Source: Tubiluchus corallicola
Lineage: Eukaryota; Animalia; Priapulida
Assembly (NCBI GenBank): GCA_030141605.1
Contig: JAQGDQ010000017.1
Location: 682,001-746,000 of the forward strand
DNA: 64,000 bases
Reading direction: 5' to 3'
Shown here: piece after piece, positions 13,701 through 23,608 of the stretch
Layout of the letters: every line of letters begins with the position of its first letter
Position numbering within the stretch: the first letter of the stretch is position 1
Notes under the pieces: model-generated
What the model was told of the DNA's origin: nothing
What the model saw: the letters and a program-made list of their open reading frames with translations, nothing else
The model's database searches: none
Program-made: the position numbers and the translations under genes

Positions 13701-16700
13701 AAAAAAGTCCCACGCTCGTTTTACAGTGACTGATGGGTCATCTTTTTCATGGATACAACAGGTTCCCGAAAGTTTTACTGCAGCATCGAACGATGAGCAT
13801 CCATACTGGTACCTTTTTATAGTGCCACCTTGAAGGAACTCATCCAGTGTACTAAGTGTTACGCCGGCTGTCGCTTTCGATAGCTTGTAATTGGCAAATA
13901 TTGAATAATTTGATTCTTTGCTACCCGAGACTGTAGTAGATCCAGTAGAGTTGCAGCTTCCACTATTACTAGATCCTGAAATGGAAAATCCAGTGCCCTC
14001 CGCAGGTCCTGTGAAATGTATGACTAAATCGTTGCCAACGTAGATGCCATGGTGGGCATAAATTACATGCCTCCATACGTATATATGATCTCCAGGTTCT
14101 AGCTCATCCCTAGAAAATTGGCATAACTAATTAAGCTATATTGATAATTACAGATTTAGTAATTAATTATGTGGAAGAAAACTGATACATAAAGTATCAT
14201 AATATTTTCCTGAATTAGCTGGCAACTAACGACATCATTACAATTTTAATTAATTTTTATAATCTTATTGTCAAGATTATTATTAATGATCTTACTAACT
14301 TTCAATTATTTAAATTTTGATACTAAACTTAAAAGACAGAAAATTTAAAAAAAGTGGGATGCAGCCCATTGGTTGGCTAGCTAGTGGCATGAACTTTAAA
14401 GGAATACAGGATGATTTCTCATATACTATCCCATTTTCAAGTCCAATAAAAAGTATGCATTCTAACACAATTAATACGGCAAAAGTGTTTCTGATAATTA
14501 AATAATTGACTAATACCTTAATTAACAGCAGGCGAGCCCAAATATTCATGACATCACAAACTAACATAATTTTCAATAGCACAAATATTCTACAGGCGTG
14601 TTGCATGTGTTTGTGAAAGCGAAAATTGAAGTACATTGTTACTGTAAGATATTCAGTGTGTTGTACTAAAACTAGGCAAGTTTTAAGATAACAATTCAAA
14701 TTTCAAATTTACCGCTGTGCTCGTACATGAGCTGTCAAACGTGCGTAGTTCGTCAGAAACTAACGCATCTGTTACTGATATGTACAGCGCCTGTTTTTGT
14801 CTAATGCATTTCCGAAATGCAGGCGCTAGAGCCCGGGGAAATGCATGTAACAGCGAGGAACTAGTGGCGCAAACGTGAAATTGTGTGTGTGCGCGCATGC
14901 GTGCGTGGTAATACTTCTTTCACATAAGTCATTTTTGAAAAAATAGCGTTCCATTTCAATATTTTAAACAGTAGATTATTTTCACCTACAGTTTAAGATT
15001 GGGACCGGTTTTGCTTTAAATGAACTTTAGACTGCCTAGTGGCATAAGGCATCTGTAATATCAGCTGAAGGTTACGCGTCCAAAACCCTGACAAGTGTCG
15101 CCAGTTTAGATGCTGTGATGCTGCAGCCCAGCTTCTTTACATTTCCTGTCTTTCAAGTTTGGCATGAAAATTTAATTAATTGTGAGTTTTTGTAACATCA
15201 TTAATAAAAAGTTAAAGTATCACATATTATCTGTATAAAGCACTGAGGCTCTTTTAGTTTTAATTAAAAATGAGATTTCGTATCACCTGTTTTAGTCTAG
15301 TTTATTTCAGGCTTACTAGCTATAATCATATGCATAGGACATATGAAAGAACAAGTTGACCACTCAGTATGTTGGCTTTATTTTACTGTTATCACTTAAA
15401 TTTAGAAAAATATAACAAAGAAATTTGCAAAAAATATTCTGTAAAGCATAAATCTAAAATATATTACACCCGAATAGAAATTTTCACGCATAGTGGTTGC
15501 CTCCATTCGTTTGAAAATTATGACGCAACTGGGGGAATTCGTGACTTTTCATAAGCGCATCGTGGCTTTCCGCTAGAGCGCGCGCTGCTCAAACTAATTC
15601 AAACTTCTGCAGCTTACCTAGTTCATGTAAAGAAGTAGGGGAACTCGCGACTTTTCATAAGTGTGTCGTGGCTTCTGTGAGAGCGCACGCTGTTCAAACT
15701 AATTCAAACTTCTGCAGCTTACTTAGTTCACGTAAAGAACTAGGGGAACTCGCGACTTTTCATAAACACGTCGTGGCTTTCTGTGAGAGCGCACGCTGTT
15801 CAAACTAATTCAAACTTCTGCAGCTTACTTAGTTCACGTAAAACTGTTACGCAATTAGCTATCTAATGTTTTTAATGTTTTTGTAAAAACTTATTATACT
15901 TTTGACGAAAATTCACAATGTGCTAGTTTTCTTCAAGACGAATGACGTCATTGGAAGAAGAATGAGCATTCAAAATCGGAGCGCGCAAACATGAAGTGAT
16001 CGCGACTGTAAAGTGATTTTACTAATTACACGAGGCACTTATTGCAGTTTTATTACTAAATCATTCTAACATTTTTTGGGAACATGGAAAAAATAAGTCT
16101 AACTTCCCAGAAGGCTTGGCCTTTCCTTTAACCTAATCTAGTTGAGTGCAGTCAAATCCTATCTAGTTTATTAGTGAGAAAATTGTTGAGATGCTTACCT
16201 TTCTATTGTATGAAACAGAGACATGACGAACTATTTTCTAACTGTGACACATAGCAGCATTTAGATTAACTTCAAAGCTGTTTAGCATTTCCTGAAATTT
16301 TTAATTGTGTAAGCAAATTGGTGTCAAAAATGATGTTTTCTTTTTACATGTACGATAAGTAGCTCTAAAAAACGATTTTTGACATCAAAGCACCTGTATT
16401 TGTCTTATTTTAGCTTTGCTTTTCAACGAGAGTTGAAATGAACGAGAGTTGGCAGGTCTCAGGTAGGGGAAGGATAACATGCTTTACAGTCCTCCTTCAT
16501 TAGCATTTAAACGCAGCGTTTAATCAAAACTCGAAATCATTTCAGTTTTTTTCTGCCAAAGCTAGTAATCACCACAAATAATAGTTCTCTGTGTTTTTGC
16601 TTGCTCGTATTTACAAGTTCTTGCACTCACTTGAAAAACACAGTTTATAACCTTAGAAAGCAGCATTAAAACAAAAGAGTATGCAACAGTTAACTTGCGT

Positions 16701-19700
16701 ATTTCACACTTTGAATTGCCAAATAGTTATTAAACACTACCAATTTGAGCTGCCTGGCACAATATCCTGCTTGTGCTATTTATAGTTTTTGTTGATATAA
16801 CTCTGAGCTTGAGTTTAACCTAGGTAATGATAATTCACTTTTGGTTTCGATTTTGCTTCTAAAGAACTTCCCCGTTTGAAAAGTTTGTTTAGTCTAAGGG
16901 GTGTGGGTAAACATTGCACCAGATAGGCAGACACGTTGAAAAGTTAATCTTCCCATATCTCCGCATGGCACGCCTTATATTTACGAATGTGCCAGAGTAT
17001 AACTTATGCTTTATTTTACAAAGAACATGTTTAACGTCTCAAAGTTCAAATGTTGCTCGGTATTTTAATTGTACTCTCTACCCTTACAAAGCTGTAGTAA
17101 GCAATACTTGATTCTACAGCGAGCAAAGAGGATCCCAGATAAATACAGTCAATAGTTGTGAATTTGACAGCCACCGTGTATTTTGATAATTTATTTTATA
17201 CGAGTTTGAAACATACCTTAACCTGTATGCCAAATATAAACTTTCTAGATTACCCCAAAGCTGAGAAATATTAGCAACAGACAGACGGTTAGGACCAATA
17301 TTTGTATAGTTGCCTAGTTTGTTCCAGCGACTATAATTAAATTGTAATTCATAGATGAAGTAAAGCAGAGATTTCTTTATTGCACTTTTTGTTTTTACAT
17401 TAAATTTTAACAAAAACAGGATAAGGATTTTGCTGATACATATATAGAAAATATGCGTCTATCTTTTATGAGTAGCACCGCTACCATTTGTCCTAGCTTA
17501 ATAAAGTTGACAAAAACTTTACCTTTGGCGAGGGGTGAATGGGTTTGAATTATTCTGTTTTTCTAGTCGTGTATTTATATTTCTGTCTTTTTACTCTGGT
17601 CTAACCTAGGTTGCCAGATTAGAAAATTAGAAATACTGGACTGAGAACACTCTTAAAATCTCTTTCTATATTACTATATTTATAAATTCATACAAGCCTA
17701 CACAATTAAATGGCGCTATTACACTTTCGCACCGCCTAGCTTTTTCTAGGTTATTACTCGTTTTTAGGCTCGTACGTCATCATTCTATTATTCTTACGTC
17801 ATCAGTGAATGTTTCCGTTAATCTAATTGTAATTTAATCATATATTTAGGTATAATTACCAATAATTACGCTGTATTCACAGTTCTACACCTATACAGGG
17901 CGTAGCGCCATCTTCATTGTGTGTGTAGTCACGTAACGAATTTCGTACTAGTTTATGCATTATCAGGGCCTAGCTTAAAAGCACGTGACACACTTTCATC
18001 TTCACCGCATTTACGAAATAAAGAAAAAAACTTTACTTTTTTTATAATCTAATAGTAATAATATACAGTAATAAATAAAATTAATGATAAATAACTGTAG
18101 TCGTCTAAAATAATTTCCTCGTATATGCCAGCTTGGGTCCCGTGGTTTCAACCCTAATAATCATAAATTATGCGAAGAAACAGCGCCCAATTAAACTAAT
18201 GTATTATATAAAAGTGGAGACAAGTTAAAAACATACAGCAATGATTTTAGTGGGTTATGAGGAAAACCAAAGTGAAATCATTTGAAAATATTTATTTAAT
18301 GCAGACAACAGAGAACTATTAGTATTATTTAATGCAGGCAATATAGATAACTAAAAGAAATTCTGAGAGAGAGATTTATGTATAAAAATATGTTTTTATT
18401 ACAAAATTTGAAAATGGACTAAATACGGGACATTTGAGTGTTCCTGAAAGGTCAGTATGGCACAGGGCGCAAAATTATCAAATATGGGACATGACCTGTG
18501 TATAAGGGACATCTGGGAACCCTAGTCTAGCCCCTTACATTGAGTTGCCATAGACCTTGTTTGGGCGTGCAGTGGTATGGTGAGTTGTTGAGGTGGTATG
18601 AAAAATGCTAAGCTCGGTGAATTATAGTATACAATGTGACAAATAAAAAGTAATGTATTCTCAATTTGATAACTCGTATTTTTTGCCATGCCTTTCCATC
18701 TTGGTGATTTATGTAAGAATCGTGTGTTTTTTGTGCCAGAGGTAAATTATACCGGAGATAATAAATGATTTGATTCTGATAGCAAGTCTCTGTTCCTTAT
18801 TTTGGTTGTCTAGGGTGCAATGAAGTCTTTGCCAACTGAAGCTACAGTTATTGCAATTTTTCACTTGAAAGGGTAAGTGGATAAATGTCAAATTGCTTGC
18901 AACTATTCATTCAGTTTCACTTTTCATTGTAAATGCCTAATTGCTTTGCTGCTTACTAGGAATTTTACGTGACTTTTATACATTTGTTTGCATTTGGCAA
19001 CTTTGTGTTCATTGGCAGCTCATAGCTAAAATTGCCAGTGGTACAGCTTCATAAAAATTTCAGCCATTGTTTTAATACTGCGTAAAAAGAAACAAACAAT
19101 TATGTAACTTGTAAATGTAATTTCCAACGGACAAATATACGAAAATTTATACGTAAACTTGATAAAATCTTAAACAAATATTGTTTGGTTACGAATAGCC
19201 CAAATTGTCACAGTTCAAGAACATGCCGGTACTTGACGTTTAAACACGTGACAACCAACTGACAACACACACTGCGTAAGTGACAGTACTCTTTAACCTA
19301 AAGTGGAGTGCCTTGCGCGCATGGCCGCATACGTACAACAGCCCAACACCACGTGGCTTGCGCTGTGAGTGCACTGTGCTGGGCTGTAAAGCAAACAGTA
19401 CTCTCCTCATGTGCTCTGGTTCCATACAAGTATAAAGAAAGAACTAAAGAAAAAGACTTACTCTATTGAATATTATCGATAATTCCACAGTACCTATACA
19501 TGGCCAGTTGTTAGTGTTCAGTTTTTTACACTTTGTGCAAAATCCTTAAAAGTGAAAGGTAATTAGGACTACACGAACTGCCACTGTTAGTGTTTTACAC
19601 TTTGTACAAAATCTTTAAAAGTAAAAAGGTAATTAGGACTACACGAACTGCCACTGTTAGTGTTTTACACTTTGTACTAAATCTTAGGGATCTTCTAAAA

Positions 19701-19879
19701 ATCTACTAAATCTTCTAAAAGAACTGTATTTAATCTTTTGCTTTAGGGATGGAACTCTGTTTGTTAGCTTCACAGAGAAGTCAAGCAATAAATCTTGCAG
19801 TTTCACAGTTGAAACCACAGAGAGCTTAGAAGTATTCAAAGAGGAGACAAATGGAGAAACTTTAGTCAGCGAAAGTTAA
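7717..19879 (+). CDS. HSPA14: Heat shock 70 kDa protein 14 (RAC subunit), 3' six coding exons
   Basis: Exons 7717-7872, 8845-8947, 9682-9897, 11971-12147, 18814-18872, 19747-19879, all GT-AG and phase-compatible. Peptides include DVRENQRSTMKLLNASEDCKHILSSMETAKCHVDSLYDGIDFEANISRARFE, VVLVGGSSRIPKLQ, LNSIPGDEVIAIGAATEA, TPIPVRRQ and VIAIFHLKGDGTLFVSF. The C-terminus is short with no EEVD, as in HSPA14. 5' exons were not found in the window. Confidence 0.9.
8205..8587 (+). mobile_element. Family D MITE
   Basis: Shares GGTCAAAGGTTAA, CAAGCAAGATCCTGCTAG and AATCACTCTACACACAGA; right TIR CTGTAAAAAGGCT. Confidence 0.68.
10943..11757. mobile_element. Tc1/mariner-pogo-like MITE (family E)
   Basis: TA|CAGTAGGCGCCACTTAA ... 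TTAAGTGGCGCCTACTG|TA. Related sequence at ~34910-35460 and a terminus at ~56160. Confidence 0.8.
12235..12410. repeat. Compound (TA)n/(TG)n/(CA)n microsatellite
   Basis: Dinucleotide runs just after the HSPA14 exon ending at 12147. Confidence 0.9.
12571..13414. mobile_element. Tc1/pogo-like MITE immediately downstream of the nested gene's stop codon
   Basis: TA|CAGTTGAATCC ... GAATTCGACTG|TA, with repeated TTCGTA(C/T)TA subterminal motifs. Confidence 0.65.
13443..16224 (-). CDS. LRAT/NC-domain (permuted NlpC/P60) acyltransferase/hydrolase-like protein, ~230 aa, nested antisense in an HSPA14 intron
   Basis: Exon 1 16224-16199 (ATG TCT CTG TTT CAT ACA ATA GAA AG|gtaagc) joins exon 2 14109-13443 (ttttctag|G GAT GAG...AAA TAA), which is open for 222 codons. 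Protein: MSLFHTIERDELEPGDHIYVWRHVIYAHHGIYVGNDLVIHFTGP...TLDEFLQGGTIKRYQYG...KLSGTCCIHEKDDPSVTVKRAW...YGNYHVKDNNCEIFALRCC... Confidence 0.88.
14396..15019 (+). mobile_element. Family A Kolobok-like MITE, near full length, inside the intron of the nested NC-domain gene
   Basis: TTAAAGGAATACAGG...CCGGTTTTGCTTTAA, with the shared internal block TGACATCACAAACTAACATAATTTTCAA. Confidence 0.78.
15531..15845. repeat. ~106-bp tandem repeat x3
   Basis: GGGGAACTCGCGACTTTTCATAAG...CAAACTAATTCAAACTTCTGCAGCTTAC units at ~15531, 15638 and 15742. Confidence 0.9.
17607..18524. mobile_element. hAT-like MITE
   Basis: Termini TAGGTTGCCAGAT / ATCTGGGAACCCTA; 8-bp TSD gtctaacc / gtctagcc (7/8 match). Confidence 0.7.
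19010..19509 (+). mobile_element. Family C hAT-like MITE
   Basis: Shared blocks AAATTGTCACAGTTCAAG and CACTGTGCTGGGCTGT; degenerate termini. Confidence 0.65.
19510..19685. repeat. 70-bp tandem repeat x~2.5
   Basis: AATTAGGACTACACGAACTGCCACTGTTAGTGTTTTACAC at 19561 and 19631. Confidence 0.85.
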
Positions 19880-19963
19880 TGTCGGTTGCAAAAAGTCTAG
19901 TTACATTAGCATATCATGTTGTAAAAAGTTACACAGGACTGCATCGTACAGCACAGCATAGGT

Positions 19964-20462
19964 CAGGGTTGTGCAAATTGCGGCCAGCGGTCCACTTGCG
20001 GCCCGCCGAGAGAATTTGTGCGGCCCGCGAAGAGATTTGTCAACCTAATGAAAGTGCGGCTCGGGCGATTAATTGAGTGTATCCAGCTGAAGTCCATGCC
20101 ACGATCCCAAAGATAGTGCGGGTAGTTTTTTCTACTAGATCGGATGCCATTATCCCTTACAAGACGGTTGTAGCTTAATGTCGCTGTACTACACGGACTG
20201 TGTGATACACATTACTAATATGCATTCTAATGAAATTACCACTATCTGTCCTGAAAGTAGAAATATATGGTTTGTAATATAAATTTTAATAACTTCCAAA
20301 ATAGTTTCTTGAGCGTAGTAGTAATGATGTACGCAGGTTGGATGCAAAAAAATCGTATTAGGCCTTTCTGTACTTGGCTCCTTGATCAAACTGCCTGTGG
20401 CCCACAGGAATTGCAGGAAAGTTTAATGTGGCCCGGCTAGTCAGATAATTTGCACACTCCTG
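19964..20462. mobile_element. hAT (Charlie-like) MITE in the putative HSPA14 3' UTR
   Basis: CAGGGTTGTGCAAA ... TTTGCACACTCCTG with a perfect 8-bp TSD GCATAGGT and GCGGCCCG subterminal repeats. Confidence 0.85.
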
Positions 20463-21246
20463 GCATAGGTGATGTATGCCATGCTGCCAGCATGCAGTCA
20501 TAACTTGGAATTTATTTTATTTCATGTCTGTTTTCAAGTCCAGATTGGGCTGCTATACATTTCTATTTGATTTTTAGTATCAAGAAGTCCTGCTTGAGCT
20601 CGGCTATGACTAACAATGCAATTAAACAGAGGAAAATAGAGTACTTAAATAATGCATAATTTTTATTATTTCTTAAAAACAATCAGTACAAACAGTATTC
20701 CATAACTTGTAAGCAATATGTTACATTTCAAATAAATTATATACTATATAGAAATTATAATGTGCTTTGATACTGTAATTGCGGTACAGTACAATAACTC
20801 CTTGTTTAATGACAACAGTGATTTTGAACTAACCCTCAAATAAACACTGTTAAATAAAGAACTAGTAATGTCTCATTTCAAAGCCCTTATTCATAGAATC
20901 ATATAAGTCAAACATTTATGAGTTGTTCTTATATTTATATGTAACATAAAAAAGCACTTGTAAATTGGAGCACAACAGTGACTAGACACAAACTAGACAA
21001 AAAGTAATTTCGTAGCTGCTTTTTATAGTGTCTAATATTGTGTTAAATTTCAAATTTTAAATGTATGTTTCCAGTGTCAGTGGTAGGACCATTTGCTCAT
21101 TTTGTGATTTCTGCTAGCCGTTTATACAGTATTGACCTTTATGAAATTCTAATTCAGATAAAGAATATAGTACGATGAATGAGACAACTAATAACTTTAA
21201 ACCATGAGTGGGAAATCGTTGGTACAGGAAGTTTTTCCTCAAATAT

Positions 21247-21508
21247 AGGTTATTCATGAATGCTGAATACCACAGGTTATTCATGAACGTTGAATACCAC
21301 AGGTTATTCATGAATGTTGAATACCACGGGTTATTCATGAACGTTGAATACAACAGGTTATGAACATTGACTACCACAGGTTACTCGTGAACATTGAATA
21401 CAACAGGTTATTCATGAACATTGAATACCACAGGTTATTCAAGAACATTGAATACTACATGTTATTCAAGAACATCAAATGCCATAGGTTATTCATGAAC
21501 ACGAATAC
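21247..21508. repeat. 27-bp minisatellite x~9-10
   Basis: Units of AGGTTATTCATGAACATTGAATACCAC. Confidence 0.92.
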
Positions 21509-22052
21509 ATTTGAAGGCCTAAGATGGCTAGCTAGCTGCTATAAGGCTTCAGTGGTGGTTTTGCTAGAGCAACAATTGTTCTTTTAGCAAGTGTTTTTAG
21601 TCCGTTGGCAACAATCTGTGATGACAGGATGGTTTAATAAACATCACATAAAATCATATACAATTGACTGTGTTAAAGTTGCCATTGATTAGTATCCAAA
21701 AACAAGAACAATAACGAATGGGTGCTCAATCTCAGGTGCTAAATCAGTTACAACATTGCAGTGCCATCTATTGTAATTTATGTAAATTATGATTAATGAA
21801 CAAGTTCACATCATTACACAATCTATAGTGTAAAGTTAACTAGCTATGCGCAATACTTGGGTGGTGTAAATCTCACTTTATAATACTTCGCTGACAGACA
21901 ATCTTGGGATCTACCAAACCAAGAAACAAAAACGTAAAATATGGTACACTGACACTATCAGTACCCTTTTTAGAACACAGCACATAATCTTTTGATGCTT
22001 CAAATAATGACAAAACTTTTTGGTTAAAATGAAATACTAGTCTTGTTTCAAG

Positions 22053-22615
22053 CAGTGGTGGCTCGTAGCTAAGATTAGTGGGGGTGCTGCTTCATTTACC
22101 ATTGTTTTAATACTGTGTATTAAACAATATGTATACGTATTTCTTGGGGATGCAAGGAGGCCATGATTACATTATTTAAATTTTCTTTAAAATAAAATGA
22201 CCAAGAAACTAGGAATTAAATAGAATAGCTGGAAACATGATAATCATCTAATTCTACACTTTAATACATTCAAGAATATAGTGCACAGTTTTTAAGCACA
22301 ACATACGCGTCAAAAAGAAACGCTACTTGCACAACAGGGTGTCGGTACTGTGTGAGCGACAGTGCTTTCTCTACCTAGCATGCAGCTTCTTATCTCAGAC
22401 ATGTGCACATGACTGCATAAGCACAACAGGCAAACACTTCAGCACAGGAACTGTGAAGCGCACAGGTCCATCACGTGCTCTGGTTGCATACAAGGATTTT
22501 CAAGTATGTACAAGTATAACGAAAGTATTAAAGAAAAAACTCATTATATTGAATGTTATCGATTGAAAATAGAGGGCGCTGCAGTTCCACAGTGCCTATA
22601 CATCAGCCGCCACTG
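22053..22615 (+). mobile_element. Family C hAT-like MITE
   Basis: Termini CAGTGGTGGCT / AGCCGCCACTG with a degenerate 8-bp TSD (gtttcaag / atctcaag). Homologous to 5386-5838, 19010-19509 and 29167-29563. Confidence 0.7.
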
Positions 22616-23608
22616 ATCTCAAGTAAAGAATATGTGGCATAGCTTCATCGCAGTCAGAAAGAGAGGTTACATAAAGAGTTACAGCAAGGACTTACTGTAA
22701 GTTATATTGATAATTGCACAATCTTGCTATTCATGATACATAAGATTCTACAAAGCTGTAATAGAACAAACTGCTTTGGGCAACAGCTGGACTGAAGAAT
22801 AACATAATAAGCGAGACTTAATGCTGAAATATGGAAAAATATTAAAAAGCATGAGACAAATAAAGCGAAATGTAAGACTTCGCAAGTGTGTATAAAATAT
22901 AACAAAATACAATGCTAGTCTCATATAAAATTCTAAAAAAATTTACCATCCTAGTTACAGAATAAGTTAACATAAACAAGATGTTACATGCTTAAAGAAG
23001 TACATCCTTAAAAACATCTTGGAAGACGTATAACTTCCCCATAAAACAAATGCAGAAAAATTTCCCTGCAACGGAAAGGCATCATTTGAAACCACACTAT
23101 AGTAAAAAATTATGCTCCTTGAAAAATTATTTATCTGCGACTAATTGTTTACGGACACATGGTAAGAAGTGGACACAAACTACCTGGAATTTAATTTAAC
23201 GAAAAGAAAGCCTGCGACAATGTTCACAGTGCTGCTAGATAGTGCTAACCAGCAGCTACACAGGTCTTGGGATTAAGCACTAGAATTGCGTCACAGGTGC
23301 TGCCGTCATTAAAGTAGGTGACAAATCAGACTGCACAGATATTATACGATCCGCATAAAAGTGTAGAAAACATGTGAAAGATGATTTAAGTACTCCTGTT
23401 TTTAGCGTAAAAGAAGAAACCCTGTTTGAAGACAAATAATGAAAAATTTGTAAAAACTTTCGCAGAAGTTTCGTTCTCTCTAGAATCTAAATCACTCTAT
23501 CAGTGTCAAATACTGACTTAGACTATATGGCAAGCGATTTATCCCAAGTTCATCGCGATGCGACGTTTTTCTATGTCCTGGACATCGACTATTGAGTGAT
23601 GGGCGCCG

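Noticed and set aside
14310-14699. Similar ORFs at 3056-3379, 14310-14699, 41707-42236 and 48536-48724 suggesting a gene family
   Set aside because: Translations of non-coding MITE family A with inconsistent frames and stops; no transposase motifs.
15531-15845. 106-bp repeats as a CRISPR or ncRNA array
   Set aside because: Whole units are near-identical; a simple tandem repeat, probably inside a MITE.
21247-21508. Regular repeats superficially like a CRISPR array, and ORFs 21114-21377 and 21360-21587
   Set aside because: Units are contiguous with no unique spacers, no cas genes and a eukaryotic context; the ORFs are repeat translations.
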